Virus record (IMG/VR): IMGVR_UViG_3300028388_003891 | Location: 5,513 to 69,512 of that record | Strand: one strand, 5' to 3' | DNA length: 64,000 nucleotides | Source: a virus | Taxonomy: Duplodnaviria > Heunggongvirae > Uroviricota > Caudoviricetes | In this document: piece after piece, positions 30,800 through 39,863 of the stretch | Layout of the letters: each line of letters begins with the position of its first letter | How positions within the stretch are numbered: position 1 is the stretch's first letter | The notes under the pieces: generated by a model | What the model saw: the letters and a program-made list of their open reading frames with translations, nothing else | Database searches by the model: none | What the model was told of the DNA's origin: nothing | Program-made: the position numbers and the translations under genes

Positions 30800-31104
30800 A
30801 TACGAGCAGTTGAACAACTACCCACCTCGATTTTAGACATTGGAACCAGAGTCCCAATGACGGACAAACCAGTCGCGGCACAGGCGATCAATATTGTTGT
30901 AGAACTGCGTGAAGCTCGAGATCATGAACTGAAACGATTGACTCGTCGCCAGTTGCAAAGTATCATTGATAAAGAAACTGCCCGACAAACACAGCGGAGG
31001 ACTACATCTGATGGCTATTGGCGAAGATCGTGATCCAATCTATGGAATAGTGTACGCATCTTGTACGCTAGTGATTGGCGGCCCGATTCTTGCATTTGCT
31101 GGTG

Positions 31105-31452
31105 GGGCGTTCCATTAACGAAATTCGATGAAGCACAACGAACGGTGCTAAGGACGGGGGTTCGATTCCCCCCACCTCCACCAAAAAGCATACTCTTCCC
31201 GCGAAAGCGGTGCGATGGAAGTCGTCATAATCAACCAAGGGAGTATGCTTTTTGATGGGGGTGCACTGGCTTCGACTTGGACTTAATAGCTTGTGTGGAG
31301 AATAGGTGCGGAAGCTACCTTAAACGCAACAAAGTAAAAAAGTGACGCAGCTAATGATGCTGTGTATGATGTGGCTCTAGCAGCCTGATCATACTGGGGA
31401 TTGACTATCCTTATTATCCAATAAGTCCGGGCAGGTTAAACCTGCCCGTTTT
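31105..31452 (+). ncRNA. ssrA: two-piece (circularly permuted) tmRNA gene (ssrA): acceptor piece ending CCA at 31183, excised stem-loop 31184-31256, coding piece from 31257 with tag ORF 31347-31388, terminator 31429-31452
   Basis: GGGGG-TTCGATT-CCCCC T-arm + CACCTCC-A-CCA; perfect 12-bp inverted repeat AAAAGCATACTC/GAGTATGCTTTT; GGGGGTG...GGCTTCGAC 5' piece with G3 opposite U70; tag GCAGCTAATGATGCTGTGTATGATGTGGCTCTAGCAGCCTGA = AANDAVYDVALAA; 5' boundary approximate. Confidence 0.75.
31429..31452 (+). terminator. rho-independent terminator ending tmRNA coding piece
   Basis: GGGCAGG-TTAAA-CCTGCCC + GTTTT. Confidence 0.75.
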
Positions 31453-31553
31453 AGTTTTCTAATTGTAAACGGCCCCTTCTGTTGAATTACGTTTGATAGA
31501 TACGTGACTGTATGGTTGCTGAAAAACAGCAATCCTTTGAAATGGAGATCATT

Positions 31554-32504
31554 ATGAAACAAGTGTTTCGCTCAATTGCGATAGCTACCGCAATCGCATT
31601 AACCGCCGCGTGTGGTGCCAAGGTGGAAGTGCCGCCTGCTCACGTTGGCAAAGTCCTTACCCGAAACGGCTTTGCGCCGGAAACTCTCGCCCCAAGCAAA
31701 TTCCGCCTCGAGCCGTGCATAGCGTACTGTGACAAGCTAGTTTTGCTGCAGGCTAATGACGCGCCATTCCATGAGAAAATGGAAGTGTTCATGCCTGAAG
31801 ACAAACTGAATCTTAGTGTTGAGGTTCGTGGCACGATGTCGATCATGTCGAATAACAGCCGTACAATCGATTCACTATATGATCGCATTACTGCTGTGCC
31901 AACGGACGACAATGATGTCAATGTCATAACCGCAGAATTGATATATCGTACATACGGGCAACCGACCCTACGTGGTGTTGTGCGCAATAAGATTGCGGAA
32001 TACACAATTGCTGATGTGATGGCCAACCGTGAAGCGCTTGCTCAGACTATTCACGACGCCATTGTTGATAGGATGGAAGCTACCAGCACTCCATTAATGT
32101 TTTCGCGCTTTGAGCTTGCTGACATCCAGCCGCCTCTAGTGATTATCGAGGCACAAGTTACCGCGAAAAAACGTGAGATCGACATCATGACGGCCAACGC
32201 CGACGCCGAGGTCAAAATGGTGGAAGCAGAGCGCGACCTCGAGATAGCTCAGAAACGACGTCTTGTAGAGCGTGAAAAAGCAGAGGCAATTGCTGAGCAA
32301 AACCAGATCGCGGCCGCTTCAATTACCCCACAGCTACTCGAATATCGACGTCTCGAAGTACAAGAGCGCGTGTTTACACAACTTGCTAACGGTACCAACG
32401 AAGGTCTAATGATCGTGCCGATTGACACTAACAGCATCAACTCGACCACTGAGGGTGCTGTGTTTGGACGTGTCGCTGGCAAGCAAATCGCTAGCGCTAA
32501 GTAA
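31554..32504 (+). CDS. SPFH/band-7 (HflK/flotillin-like) lipoprotein
   Basis: signal peptide with lipobox-like LTAAC, SPFH core then coiled-coil EAERDLEIAQKRRLVEREKAEAIAEQ; start at ATG with GGAGA RBS. Confidence 0.6.
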   Translation: MKQVFRSIAIATAIALTAACGAKVEVPPAHVGKVLTRNGFAPETLAPSKFRLEPCIAYCDKLVLLQANDAPFHEKMEVFMPEDKLNLSVEVRGTMSIMSNNSRTIDSLYDRITAVPTDDNDVNVITAELIYRTYGQPTLRGVVRNKIAEYTIADVMANREALAQTIHDAIVDRMEATSTPLMFSRFELADIQPPLVIIEAQVTAKKREIDIMTANADAEVKMVEAERDLEIAQKRRLVEREKAEAIAEQNQIAAASITPQLLEYRRLEVQERVFTQLANGTNEGLMIVPIDTNSINSTTEGAVFGRVAGKQIASAK

Positions 32505-32515
32505 CGGAGGCAGCT

Positions 32516-32920
32516 ATGAACTGGGACCTTAATTTTGGCAACATCGCGTTTGGACTGATACCTTGGGTATCGCTGGTAGCGTCAGCTACGATCGCTCACT
32601 TGATGTTTGTAGGTTTTTGCAAGCACACAAAATTCGTTGACGATGAATCGTTTTTGGTTTATCACAAATTGATAACGAAAATAGCACCTGTGTTTTTTAT
32701 TGGCACACTTGCGATTGCAGTGCTGCTGTCTGTTCAAACGTACGGTCCCAGAGCAACCCTTAATGCAGTACCATACAACTACAATCCCGAGCCAGCAGAG
32801 ATAGTTCCATCCGAGAACTCGATCACAGGTCGCAGAGATGATGCACCAGATTGGCGTGGTAGGTTTGAAGACAGGCTTGCTGAGCCACCTGTAACAATCA
32901 AAAAGCAAGACGACCAGTAG
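32516..32920 (+). CDS. small membrane protein
   Basis: two predicted TM helices. Confidence 0.45.
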   Translation: MNWDLNFGNIAFGLIPWVSLVASATIAHLMFVGFCKHTKFVDDESFLVYHKLITKIAPVFFIGTLAIAVLLSVQTYGPRATLNAVPYNYNPEPAEIVPSENSITGRRDDAPDWRGRFEDRLAEPPVTIKKQDDQ

Positions 32921-32928
32921 GATAAAGC

Positions 32929-33600
32929 ATGCAACTAACCGATCAGGATATTAAAATTCTAACTAACTTTGCATCGATCCAGCCCAATATTGTATTGGGG
33001 CCTGGATCGTCTGTTTTAACGCTTGCAGAAGGTCACCATATAGCAGCGGCAGCTGAACTGAGCCAAGAGATACCTCGTGAGTCGCCTATATACGACCTCG
33101 GGGAATTCCTGCAAGCTGTGTCGCTGCTCGAAGAGCCTTCATTTCGATTCACCGACAAAGCTATAGTGATGAGTGGTGGAGGTAGTCAGGTTCGATATTT
33201 CCTCACAGACAAAGAGATGCTGACATTTCCTCCAAGGGAACCACTAGTTGCGCCAACAGACGGTGTGTTGATCCACTTGTCTGATGAGACTCTGACGGCA
33301 ATCAGAAAAGCATGCTCAGCCTTGAAACATGATGTGATGACGATCGCCAGTCAGGACCAACGTGCTGTTATAACAGTTAGCGATCCAACGATCGATACTA
33401 GCAATGCGTGGGCCACACAGGTAGATATCGAGCGGAACAGCTTTAGTTCTTTTTCAGCGGTGTTCTCCGTTGCAAACATGAAACTGATTCGTGGAAGCTA
33501 TGACGTTCAAATAACACCACACATCTACAAATTCACTAATACCCAAGAGCCGGTGCGCTATTACATGGCACCACATCGACTGTCCACCTTTACGGAGTAA
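32929..33600 (+). CDS. sliding clamp (T4 gp45-like)
   Basis: ILTNFASIQ..., IYDLGEFLQAVSLL, SVANMKLIRGSYDV align with T4 gp45. Confidence 0.8.
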   Translation: MQLTDQDIKILTNFASIQPNIVLGPGSSVLTLAEGHHIAAAAELSQEIPRESPIYDLGEFLQAVSLLEEPSFRFTDKAIVMSGGGSQVRYFLTDKEMLTFPPREPLVAPTDGVLIHLSDETLTAIRKACSALKHDVMTIASQDQRAVITVSDPTIDTSNAWATQVDIERNSFSSFSAVFSVANMKLIRGSYDVQITPHIYKFTNTQEPVRYYMAPHRLSTFTE

Positions 33601-33603
33601 ATT

Positions 33604-33831
33604 ATGGACCAATCAACACAGCAACAGCTAGTGCAGCTGTCCACCAAAGTAGCACGTACATCACAAGCGGTGATCGACACTCTTGCACGCCGCGGTGGCT
33701 TTGCGGGGGAAGAACTGTTTTCCGTCGGAGACCTACGCAACTCTTGCGTACAGCTGATTCAGATGCTTGAGCAGATTGAAAGCGAAGCTGCAGCATCTCA
33801 AGCATCCGCTAAGAGCAAGGACAGCAAGTAG
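33604..33831 (+). CDS. hypothetical protein (75 aa)
   Basis: ORF between gp45 and gp44. Confidence 0.4.
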   Translation: MDQSTQQQLVQLSTKVARTSQAVIDTLARRGGFAGEELFSVGDLRNSCVQLIQMLEQIESEAAASQASAKSKDSK

Positions 33832-33842
33832 CGGAGGTTGAT

Positions 33843-34052
33843 ATGAAGCACATCATATCGTTTGATAATCAAGAACAGCTTGTTTTGTTCATGCTCCAGC
33901 AGGGGCATGAAGTACCAATCCCCATGATCAAAAGCATGGGGGTTCGCAACCCAAGGGCAGTTGTGTTTCGCTTACGGACTCGAGGGTACAACATCCGTCT
34001 CAGATCAAAACACGACGGTGCCCGTTCGTATCGTATGGTGGGTGCGCACTAA
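33843..34052 (+). CDS. hypothetical protein (69 aa)
   Basis: ORF. Confidence 0.35.
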   Translation: MKHIISFDNQEQLVLFMLQQGHEVPIPMIKSMGVRNPRAVVFRLRTRGYNIRLRSKHDGARSYRMVGAH

Positions 34053-34987
34053 TGGATCTACTGTGTGAGAAGTATCGGCCTAAAAACATCGACAGCTTGA
34101 TAGCACCGCCCGAACTGATAGGACAGCTAACCAGTGTGGTTGAGAGTGGGAATATTCCCAACATGCTGTTTTACGGTTCGTCAGGGGTTGGTAAGACCAG
34201 TGCTGCTCGAGCAATCTGCGATCAGATTAACGCAAGCGTAATGATGATTAATGGTTCCGATGAGCGCAATATCGATGTCCTGCGAGGCAAGATAACGCAA
34301 TTTGCAACCACTGTGTCTCTTGATGGGTCGCAGAAAGTGGTGATTATCGACGAGGCTGACTACCTCAACGCACAGAGCACCCAGCCTGCTCTTCGCAACT
34401 TCATGGAAGAGTATAGCGGCAACTGTCGTTTCATAATGACGTGCAACTTTCCAAAGCGAATCATCGAATCGCTGCATTCGCGTTGTAGCACATATGACTT
34501 CGGGATTGCCAACAAGGATCTGCAAGCGCTGTGTGCTCAAATGCTTAAGCGGTGCAAATGGATCCTAGAACAAGAGGGCGTGACGTACGACGTACAAGAC
34601 GTCGCTCACATTATCCTCAAGCAGGCACCCGATTGGCGTCGTATACTCAACACAATCCAAAAGCACGTATCTATTGGACAACTGATCGTACCAGAAAAAC
34701 TTGATGACGACGGTGGCGTAGTTGCTGATCTAATCAAGTTTATCAAGGCCGATGACTTTTCCAAAGTACGTGGATGGATTGCACGCAACACAGACATTGA
34801 TAATGCAGCTGTATTCCGAGCTCTATACGAGCATCTCGCGCCACAGGCCGTTGATGAACCCAACCTTGCACAGATGATCTTGATACTTGCTGACTACGGC
34901 TACAAAGACGCGTTTGTTGTTGATCGGGAAGTTAATCTTGCTGCTTGTGCCGTTCAGATAATGTCACAGATCAAGTTTAAATCATGA
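34052..34987 (+). CDS. clamp loader large subunit (gp44, AAA+)
   Basis: Walker A GSSGVGKTS, Walker B VVIIDEAD, SRC motif. Confidence 0.8.
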   Translation: MDLLCEKYRPKNIDSLIAPPELIGQLTSVVESGNIPNMLFYGSSGVGKTSAARAICDQINASVMMINGSDERNIDVLRGKITQFATTVSLDGSQKVVIIDEADYLNAQSTQPALRNFMEEYSGNCRFIMTCNFPKRIIESLHSRCSTYDFGIANKDLQALCAQMLKRCKWILEQEGVTYDVQDVAHIILKQAPDWRRILNTIQKHVSIGQLIVPEKLDDDGGVVADLIKFIKADDFSKVRGWIARNTDIDNAAVFRALYEHLAPQAVDEPNLAQMILILADYGYKDAFVVDREVNLAACAVQIMSQIKFKS

Positions 34988-35388
34988 CGGACAAGATCAC
35001 GCCGTTTACATTCGTTAACTCGATATCAAGCAGCTCCCGGCCTCTTGAGATCAATGACGACAATCGCAAACACTATGTGCCATTTGTGATCAATCGTGCT
35101 TTGTCTTATCGCCGCGATGCAGTTCGTGTCGCTAACGAAATTAATCGGTTTAGTGATCTTGACGTCGACATGCAGTACAGGTTTCTCAAAGGCGTTGTCC
35201 CCAACTCACGGCAGTTTAGTAAGTGGGGCAAGAAGCAACAGGACAAACAGGACGCAATAGACGCTATTGCTCGACTGTATAAGTGCAGCAAGCGAGAAGC
35301 AGCCCAGTATTTGAGTGTACTTGACCGACAATCCGTGGACGCCATCGTTGAGCGTGCTTCGCTTGGAGGAACGAAATCTACTAAATAA
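34984..35388 (+). CDS. clamp loader small subunit (gp62-like)
   Basis: ATGA-coupled to gp44, position as in T4. Confidence 0.55.
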   Translation: MTDKITPFTFVNSISSSSRPLEINDDNRKHYVPFVINRALSYRRDAVRVANEINRFSDLDVDMQYRFLKGVVPNSRQFSKWGKKQQDKQDAIDAIARLYKCSKREAAQYLSVLDRQSVDAIVERASLGGTKSTK

Positions 35389-35417
35389 CCGTAGTATAAT
35401 TCAAACAATTAAACACT

Positions 35418-35825
35418 ATGGATCAAGCGATAGTAGATTGGACCATCAATTCGATGGTCGAAGTGACTCTGGAACATCCAGACGATTTCCTCAAGGTTCG
35501 CGAGACGTTGACACGAATCGGTGTAGCGTCCCGCACAGAAAACAAGCTGTACCAGTCGTGCCATATTCTGCATAAGCAGGGTAGGTATTTCATCGTCAGC
35601 TTTAAAGAACTGTTCTTGTTGGATGGGAAGAAATCGACATTAATGGAAAACGACGTACGTCGTCGCAACACAATAGCCACGTTGCTCAGCGATTGGGGAC
35701 TGGTAGACATTGTGGATAAAGACAAGGTACGTGACTGTGCGCCTATGCGCCAAATAAAGATTATCCCCCATCGTGACAAAGACCAGTGGGAGCTAGTGCC
35801 GAAGTATAAGATCGGCAACGGCTAA
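35418..35825 (+). CDS. regA: translational repressor RegA
   Basis: EHPDDFLKVRETLTRIGVAS...LYQSCHILHKQGRYFIVSFKE...VPKYKIGNG aligns along full length with T4 RegA. Confidence 0.85.
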   Translation: MDQAIVDWTINSMVEVTLEHPDDFLKVRETLTRIGVASRTENKLYQSCHILHKQGRYFIVSFKELFLLDGKKSTLMENDVRRRNTIATLLSDWGLVDIVDKDKVRDCAPMRQIKIIPHRDKDQWELVPKYKIGNG

Positions 35826-35884
35826 ACAGCCCGCGGAGTATTTCCGGGGCATAATATTCTTGCTTAGTTTTAAGGAGAAGACCC

Positions 35885-36316
35885 ATGTCTATATTTCCAT
35901 CTTCTTTTATTGGTTTCGACGACTTGCTCAGCCATGCAGCAGCGTTACCTAGAAGCGATAACTCTTTTCCCCCATACGATGTACGTCAGCTAGACGAGTC
36001 GATGTACGAACTACGTATGGCCGTTGCTGGATATAAAGAGCAGGATCTCGAAGTCCTACTACGCGATGTTCATCTCACTATCACAGGTAAGGTGGACGTT
36101 GAACGTAGCAATTTCCTTCATAAGGGCATTTCCACGCGTAAGTTTCACCGCAATTTCCGATTAGCGGAAGGTGTCGAGGTTAGCAGCGTTGTTTTGGAGG
36201 ACGGCATCTTGACGATTACTCTTAATCGCTCAGTGCCAGAAGCATTGCAAACCAAGCGCTTAGAGATCGGCTATCGAAGTAGTCAACGAGGCGATCCACA
36301 GCTTCTGGAAGAATAA
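35885..36316 (+). CDS. small heat-shock protein (Hsp20/alpha-crystallin, IbpA-like)
   Basis: PPYDVRQLDESMYELRMAVAGYKEQDLEV...GILTITLNR alpha-crystallin domain. Confidence 0.75.
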   Translation: MSIFPSSFIGFDDLLSHAAALPRSDNSFPPYDVRQLDESMYELRMAVAGYKEQDLEVLLRDVHLTITGKVDVERSNFLHKGISTRKFHRNFRLAEGVEVSSVVLEDGILTITLNRSVPEALQTKRLEIGYRSSQRGDPQLLEE

Positions 36317-36319
36317 ACA

Positions 36320-36347
36320 GGAACCCGCTTCGGCGGGTTCCCTTTTG
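36320..36347 (+). terminator. rho-independent terminator after hsp20
   Basis: GGAACCCGC-TTCG-GCGGGTTCC + CTTTT. Confidence 0.8.
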
Positions 36348-36390
36348 TTGCATAATGGTGTAGAGTAGATCTTTACAGTTGGAGAATCAT

Positions 36391-38913
36391 ATGTATTGTG
36401 ACGTAACACGTATCAAAGACGATATTTGCGTACGTGGGTACACCCCCAGCGGTGAACGATACCAACGCCGCGTTCCATTTAAGCCAACGATGTACCTCCC
36501 ATCGTCCGATCCCACAGATTGGCGCACATTAGGTGGTGTACACGTAGCTCCTGTTATATGCGACTCAATGAGCGACGCAAGTCGTATGGTCAAAGAGTAT
36601 GAAGGCGTTGCACGCCTTGCAGTGTTTGGAATGGACAACTACGTCACGCAGTTCGTTGAGCAAGCATTCCCCGGTGATTTTAAATATGATATAACAAGCG
36701 TCAATGTTGTGTCGTTTGACATTGAGGTATACAGTCCCGATGGTTTTCCACACGCAAGTGAAGCTCAATATCCCGTTGTCTCCATCGCAGCTCATAGCTC
36801 TAAATTTGATCAGTATATTTTATGGGCGACAAAGGACTTCACGCCAACACAAGAGACTCCAACCAACCTGACTTTTGTTCGCTGTGATGATGAACACGAT
36901 TTGCTCAGCAAGTTTCTGAGCTGGTGGGAAGGCAGTGATACAAGTCCCGATGTTGTGACAGGGTGGAATGTCAAGCTGTTTGATATTCCGTACCTCGTTA
37001 ACCGCATACGACAAACAATGGGGGAAGCGCCAGCAAGACGTCTATCGCCATGGGGCTTTATTCGCGAACACGCAGTACAAATTGGCAATCGCTCCAACCA
37101 AGCGTTTGTATTAGCTGGCATTCAGATTCTCGATTACATCGAATTGTACCGCAAGTTTGCAGTGCTAACACTAGGCGTTCCCGAGTCGTACAAGCTCGAC
37201 CACATTGCGTCCCTCGTTCTCGGCCGTAAAAAGTTGTCATACGACGAGCATCGATCTCTGCACTCTCTATATGATAAAGATCCCAATCGCTTCTTCGATT
37301 ACAACATTCGCGACACGGAACTGATCGTTGAAATGGACCGTAAGCTCCAGTTGATCACGTTGGCTATAACAATCGCCTACAAAGCAGGGGCTCAATATAC
37401 AGACGCGTTCGGAACTACGGCTGTTTGGGATGCTTTAATATACAGGTCTCTCAATCAGCGCGGCATCGTCGTTCCCCCTAAGATAGTAGGAGCAAAACAG
37501 AATCTTGATGGCGCGTATGTTAAGACACCACAGTTAGGGCGACACAAGTGGGTCGCATCATTTGACCTCAATAGCCTGTACCCAATGACGATGATTCAGT
37601 ACAACATGTCTCCTGAAACAATCGTCGATACGTACAGCGATTTAACGCCCGAAAAGATTCTCGAGACGGATGGCCAAGCAGCTATTGATAGTTCGGTACC
37701 TAATTGCACCACCGCTGCAAACGGGATCCACTACACCACAAATCAGAAGGGGATCATTCCAGAGTTGATCGATAAGCTGTACAGCGATCGATCTCAGGCT
37801 AAGAAGGCAAAGATTGAACTAGACAAAAAGGTTCAACGAGCTCGTAATCCTGAAACAAAAGCTAAATTGGAAAAAGAGCGTGATCAGTTGGACAGCGCGC
37901 AGATGGCATTTAAGATTTTGATGAACAGCTGTTACGGAGCTCACGGCAGTCCGTACTTCCGCTATTTTGACATGCGAACAGCCAACGCAATTACTTCTTG
38001 TGGAAGACTGACGATTCGCTGGGCCGAGAAGGCTATCAACGAGCTACTGAACAAGATCCTTAAAACAGACAACGTCGACTATGTGATTGCAGCTGACACG
38101 GACTCGCTGTATATAAACATGGGTCCTCTTGTCGATATGATGGGCATCGGTGATCGTCCGGAAGACGAAGTTGTCACTATCATTGATCAAATATGCAACG
38201 ACAAGTTTGAACCGCACCTCGACCAAGCGTACGTTAAACTTGGAGAGGTGATGAGTGCATTTTCTCTGCGAATGAAGATGAAGCGCGAAGTGATTGCAAG
38301 TGGTGGAATATGGGTGGCTAAAAAGAGGTACACTCTTTTGGTGCATGATGATGAAGGAGTTCGATACGAAACACCGAAGCTCAAGATCATGGGCATTGAG
38401 GCTGTCAAATCGAGCACACCACAAGTGTGTCGCGACAAACTCAAAGAGGTGTTTCGTTTGCTGGTCAAAGGCAAGTTCGACGAAGCCATGGAGTTCTGTG
38501 AACAGTTTCGTGAGGATTTTAGGCAGCTAGAGCCACATGAGGTCGCCTCGCCTCGTTCTGCGAACAATATAAGCAAGTGGCAGGATTCACAAACGATATA
38601 CGGTAAAGGAACGCCGATACACATCAAAGGATCACTGCTATACAACAATTTCATCGAACAGGTTGATGAGACAGGTAATCAGTTTCCTCGTATTGGTGAT
38701 GGTGAAAAGATTAAGTTTATACCTCTGTTAAAGCCAAATCCAATTCGCGATACAGTGATATCCTTTCCAGACTATCTGCCTGAGGAGTTGAATCTTCACA
38801 AGTACCTTGACTACAATAGCCAATTCGAAAAGACCTTTATGTCCGTCGTCGATCACATGATCGAAGCGGCTGGTTGGTCTCGTCATCCCACCCTCGATGC
38901 TTTTTTTACATGA
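36391..38913 (+). CDS. DNA polymerase (family B, T4 gp43-like)
   Basis: exo motifs FDIEV, pol motifs SLYPS, KILMNSCYG, IAADTDSLYI, KKRYT; start at ATG 36391 with GGAGA RBS (ORF track uses TTG 36379). Confidence 0.9.
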   Translation: MYCDVTRIKDDICVRGYTPSGERYQRRVPFKPTMYLPSSDPTDWRTLGGVHVAPVICDSMSDASRMVKEYEGVARLAVFGMDNYVTQFVEQAFPGDFKYDITSVNVVSFDIEVYSPDGFPHASEAQYPVVSIAAHSSKFDQYILWATKDFTPTQETPTNLTFVRCDDEHDLLSKFLSWWEGSDTSPDVVTGWNVKLFDIPYLVNRIRQTMGEAPARRLSPWGFIREHAVQIGNRSNQAFVLAGIQILDYIELYRKFAVLTLGVPESYKLDHIASLVLGRKKLSYDEHRSLHSLYDKDPNRFFDYNIRDTELIVEMDRKLQLITLAITIAYKAGAQYTDAFGTTAVWDALIYRSLNQRGIVVPPKIVGAKQNLDGAYVKTPQLGRHKWVASFDLNSLYPMTMIQYNMSPETIVDTYSDLTPEKILETDGQAAIDSSVPNCTTAANGIHYTTNQKGIIPELIDKLYSDRSQAKKAKIELDKKVQRARNPETKAKLEKERDQLDSAQMAFKILMNSCYGAHGSPYFRYFDMRTANAITSCGRLTIRWAEKAINELLNKILKTDNVDYVIAADTDSLYINMGPLVDMMGIGDRPEDEVVTIIDQICNDKFEPHLDQAYVKLGEVMSAFSLRMKMKREVIASGGIWVAKKRYTLLVHDDEGVRYETPKLKIMGIEAVKSSTPQVCRDKLKEVFRLLVKGKFDEAMEFCEQFREDFRQLEPHEVASPRSANNISKWQDSQTIYGKGTPIHIKGSLLYNNFIEQVDETGNQFPRIGDGEKIKFIPLLKPNPIRDTVISFPDYLPEELNLHKYLDYNSQFEKTFMSVVDHMIEAAGWSRHPTLDAFFT

Positions 38914-39854
38914 TTGAACTGACCGTTTTCGCTTCACAGTACGACAACAGGACAAATCGCCGTGTAAAATTCGACGATTGGGGCTCGTTTGTGTCAACGC
39001 TAAAAGCGTCATCGCGATGTCGCTTCGCTTCAAAAAAAGCCGCGGAGCTTATATCGCCGGCTATATACAAACCTAACACGACCAGAGCTATCAACAACGT
39101 TGAAAAGTGGGCTGGATGGCTGGCATTGGACATCGATAGTATGGACATAACTTCCAGCACGATGCACATCGCTTTTGAGCAATTTAATTCATATCAGTAC
39201 GTGTGCTACAGCACAGCAAGCTCCAGTCATGAACAGCCGAAGTTTCGCTTAGTGCTTCCGTTAAGCCGAGACGCTAACGGCCCTACTGAAATCCAACGAC
39301 TGTGGTACGCTACTAACCGAGAGCTAGGAGACGTCGCAGACCCACAAACTAAAGACGTTACCCGAATGTTTTACGTGCCGGGCAATTACGCTTCAGCTGA
39401 ATACCAATTCTTTATCGACAATCGCCACGGGCAGGTACTTGATGTTGATGAGCTACTAGCCAAATGGCCGTATCAGCCCCCGAAAGATCATACATCGGTT
39501 TATTCGGCGTTGCCAGAATATTTGCAGCAAGCTGTGAGAGAATATCGTCAGAATAGAGCGAGCAACATTGATGCGACATGGACAGACTACACCGATTGTC
39601 CGTTCGTTCCGCAATCATTAATTGAACAATATAAGAACATTTCCGATGGCGGCTGGTACCGCATGTTATATCGAATCATGGTAGCCACCGCTATTAACGC
39701 CATAGAAGCAGACTACCCAATTACTGAGGAGCAAATTGAGCAAATAGCTCGCGACATTGATCGCGATAACGGGTTATGGTACAAAAAAAGGCCATTCAAA
39801 AGAGAGGCTGCGAACGCGTTAGCATACGCGTATCAACATGCCATGATAGGATAG
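38910..39854 (+). CDS. hypothetical protein (314 aa), possibly primase/VirE-N-like
   Basis: ATGA-coupled to polymerase stop; weak motif YSTASSSH...KFRLVLPL. Confidence 0.45.
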   Translation: MIELTVFASQYDNRTNRRVKFDDWGSFVSTLKASSRCRFASKKAAELISPAIYKPNTTRAINNVEKWAGWLALDIDSMDITSSTMHIAFEQFNSYQYVCYSTASSSHEQPKFRLVLPLSRDANGPTEIQRLWYATNRELGDVADPQTKDVTRMFYVPGNYASAEYQFFIDNRHGQVLDVDELLAKWPYQPPKDHTSVYSALPEYLQQAVREYRQNRASNIDATWTDYTDCPFVPQSLIEQYKNISDGGWYRMLYRIMVATAINAIEADYPITEEQIEQIARDIDRDNGLWYKKRPFKREAANALAYAYQHAMIG

Positions 39855-39863
39855 GAGAGATAT

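Noticed and set aside
31061-31255. ORF-track CDS of 64 aa (TTG start) with a PPPPP run
   Set aside because: It is read straight across the tmRNA T-arm/CCA end and the excised stem-loop. The Pro run is just CCCCCCACCTCCACCA translated.
35826-35884. Possible sigma-32 promoter for hsp20
   Set aside because: Only the -10-like CCGGGGCATAAT is present and no convincing CTTGAA -35. Kept as a remark only.
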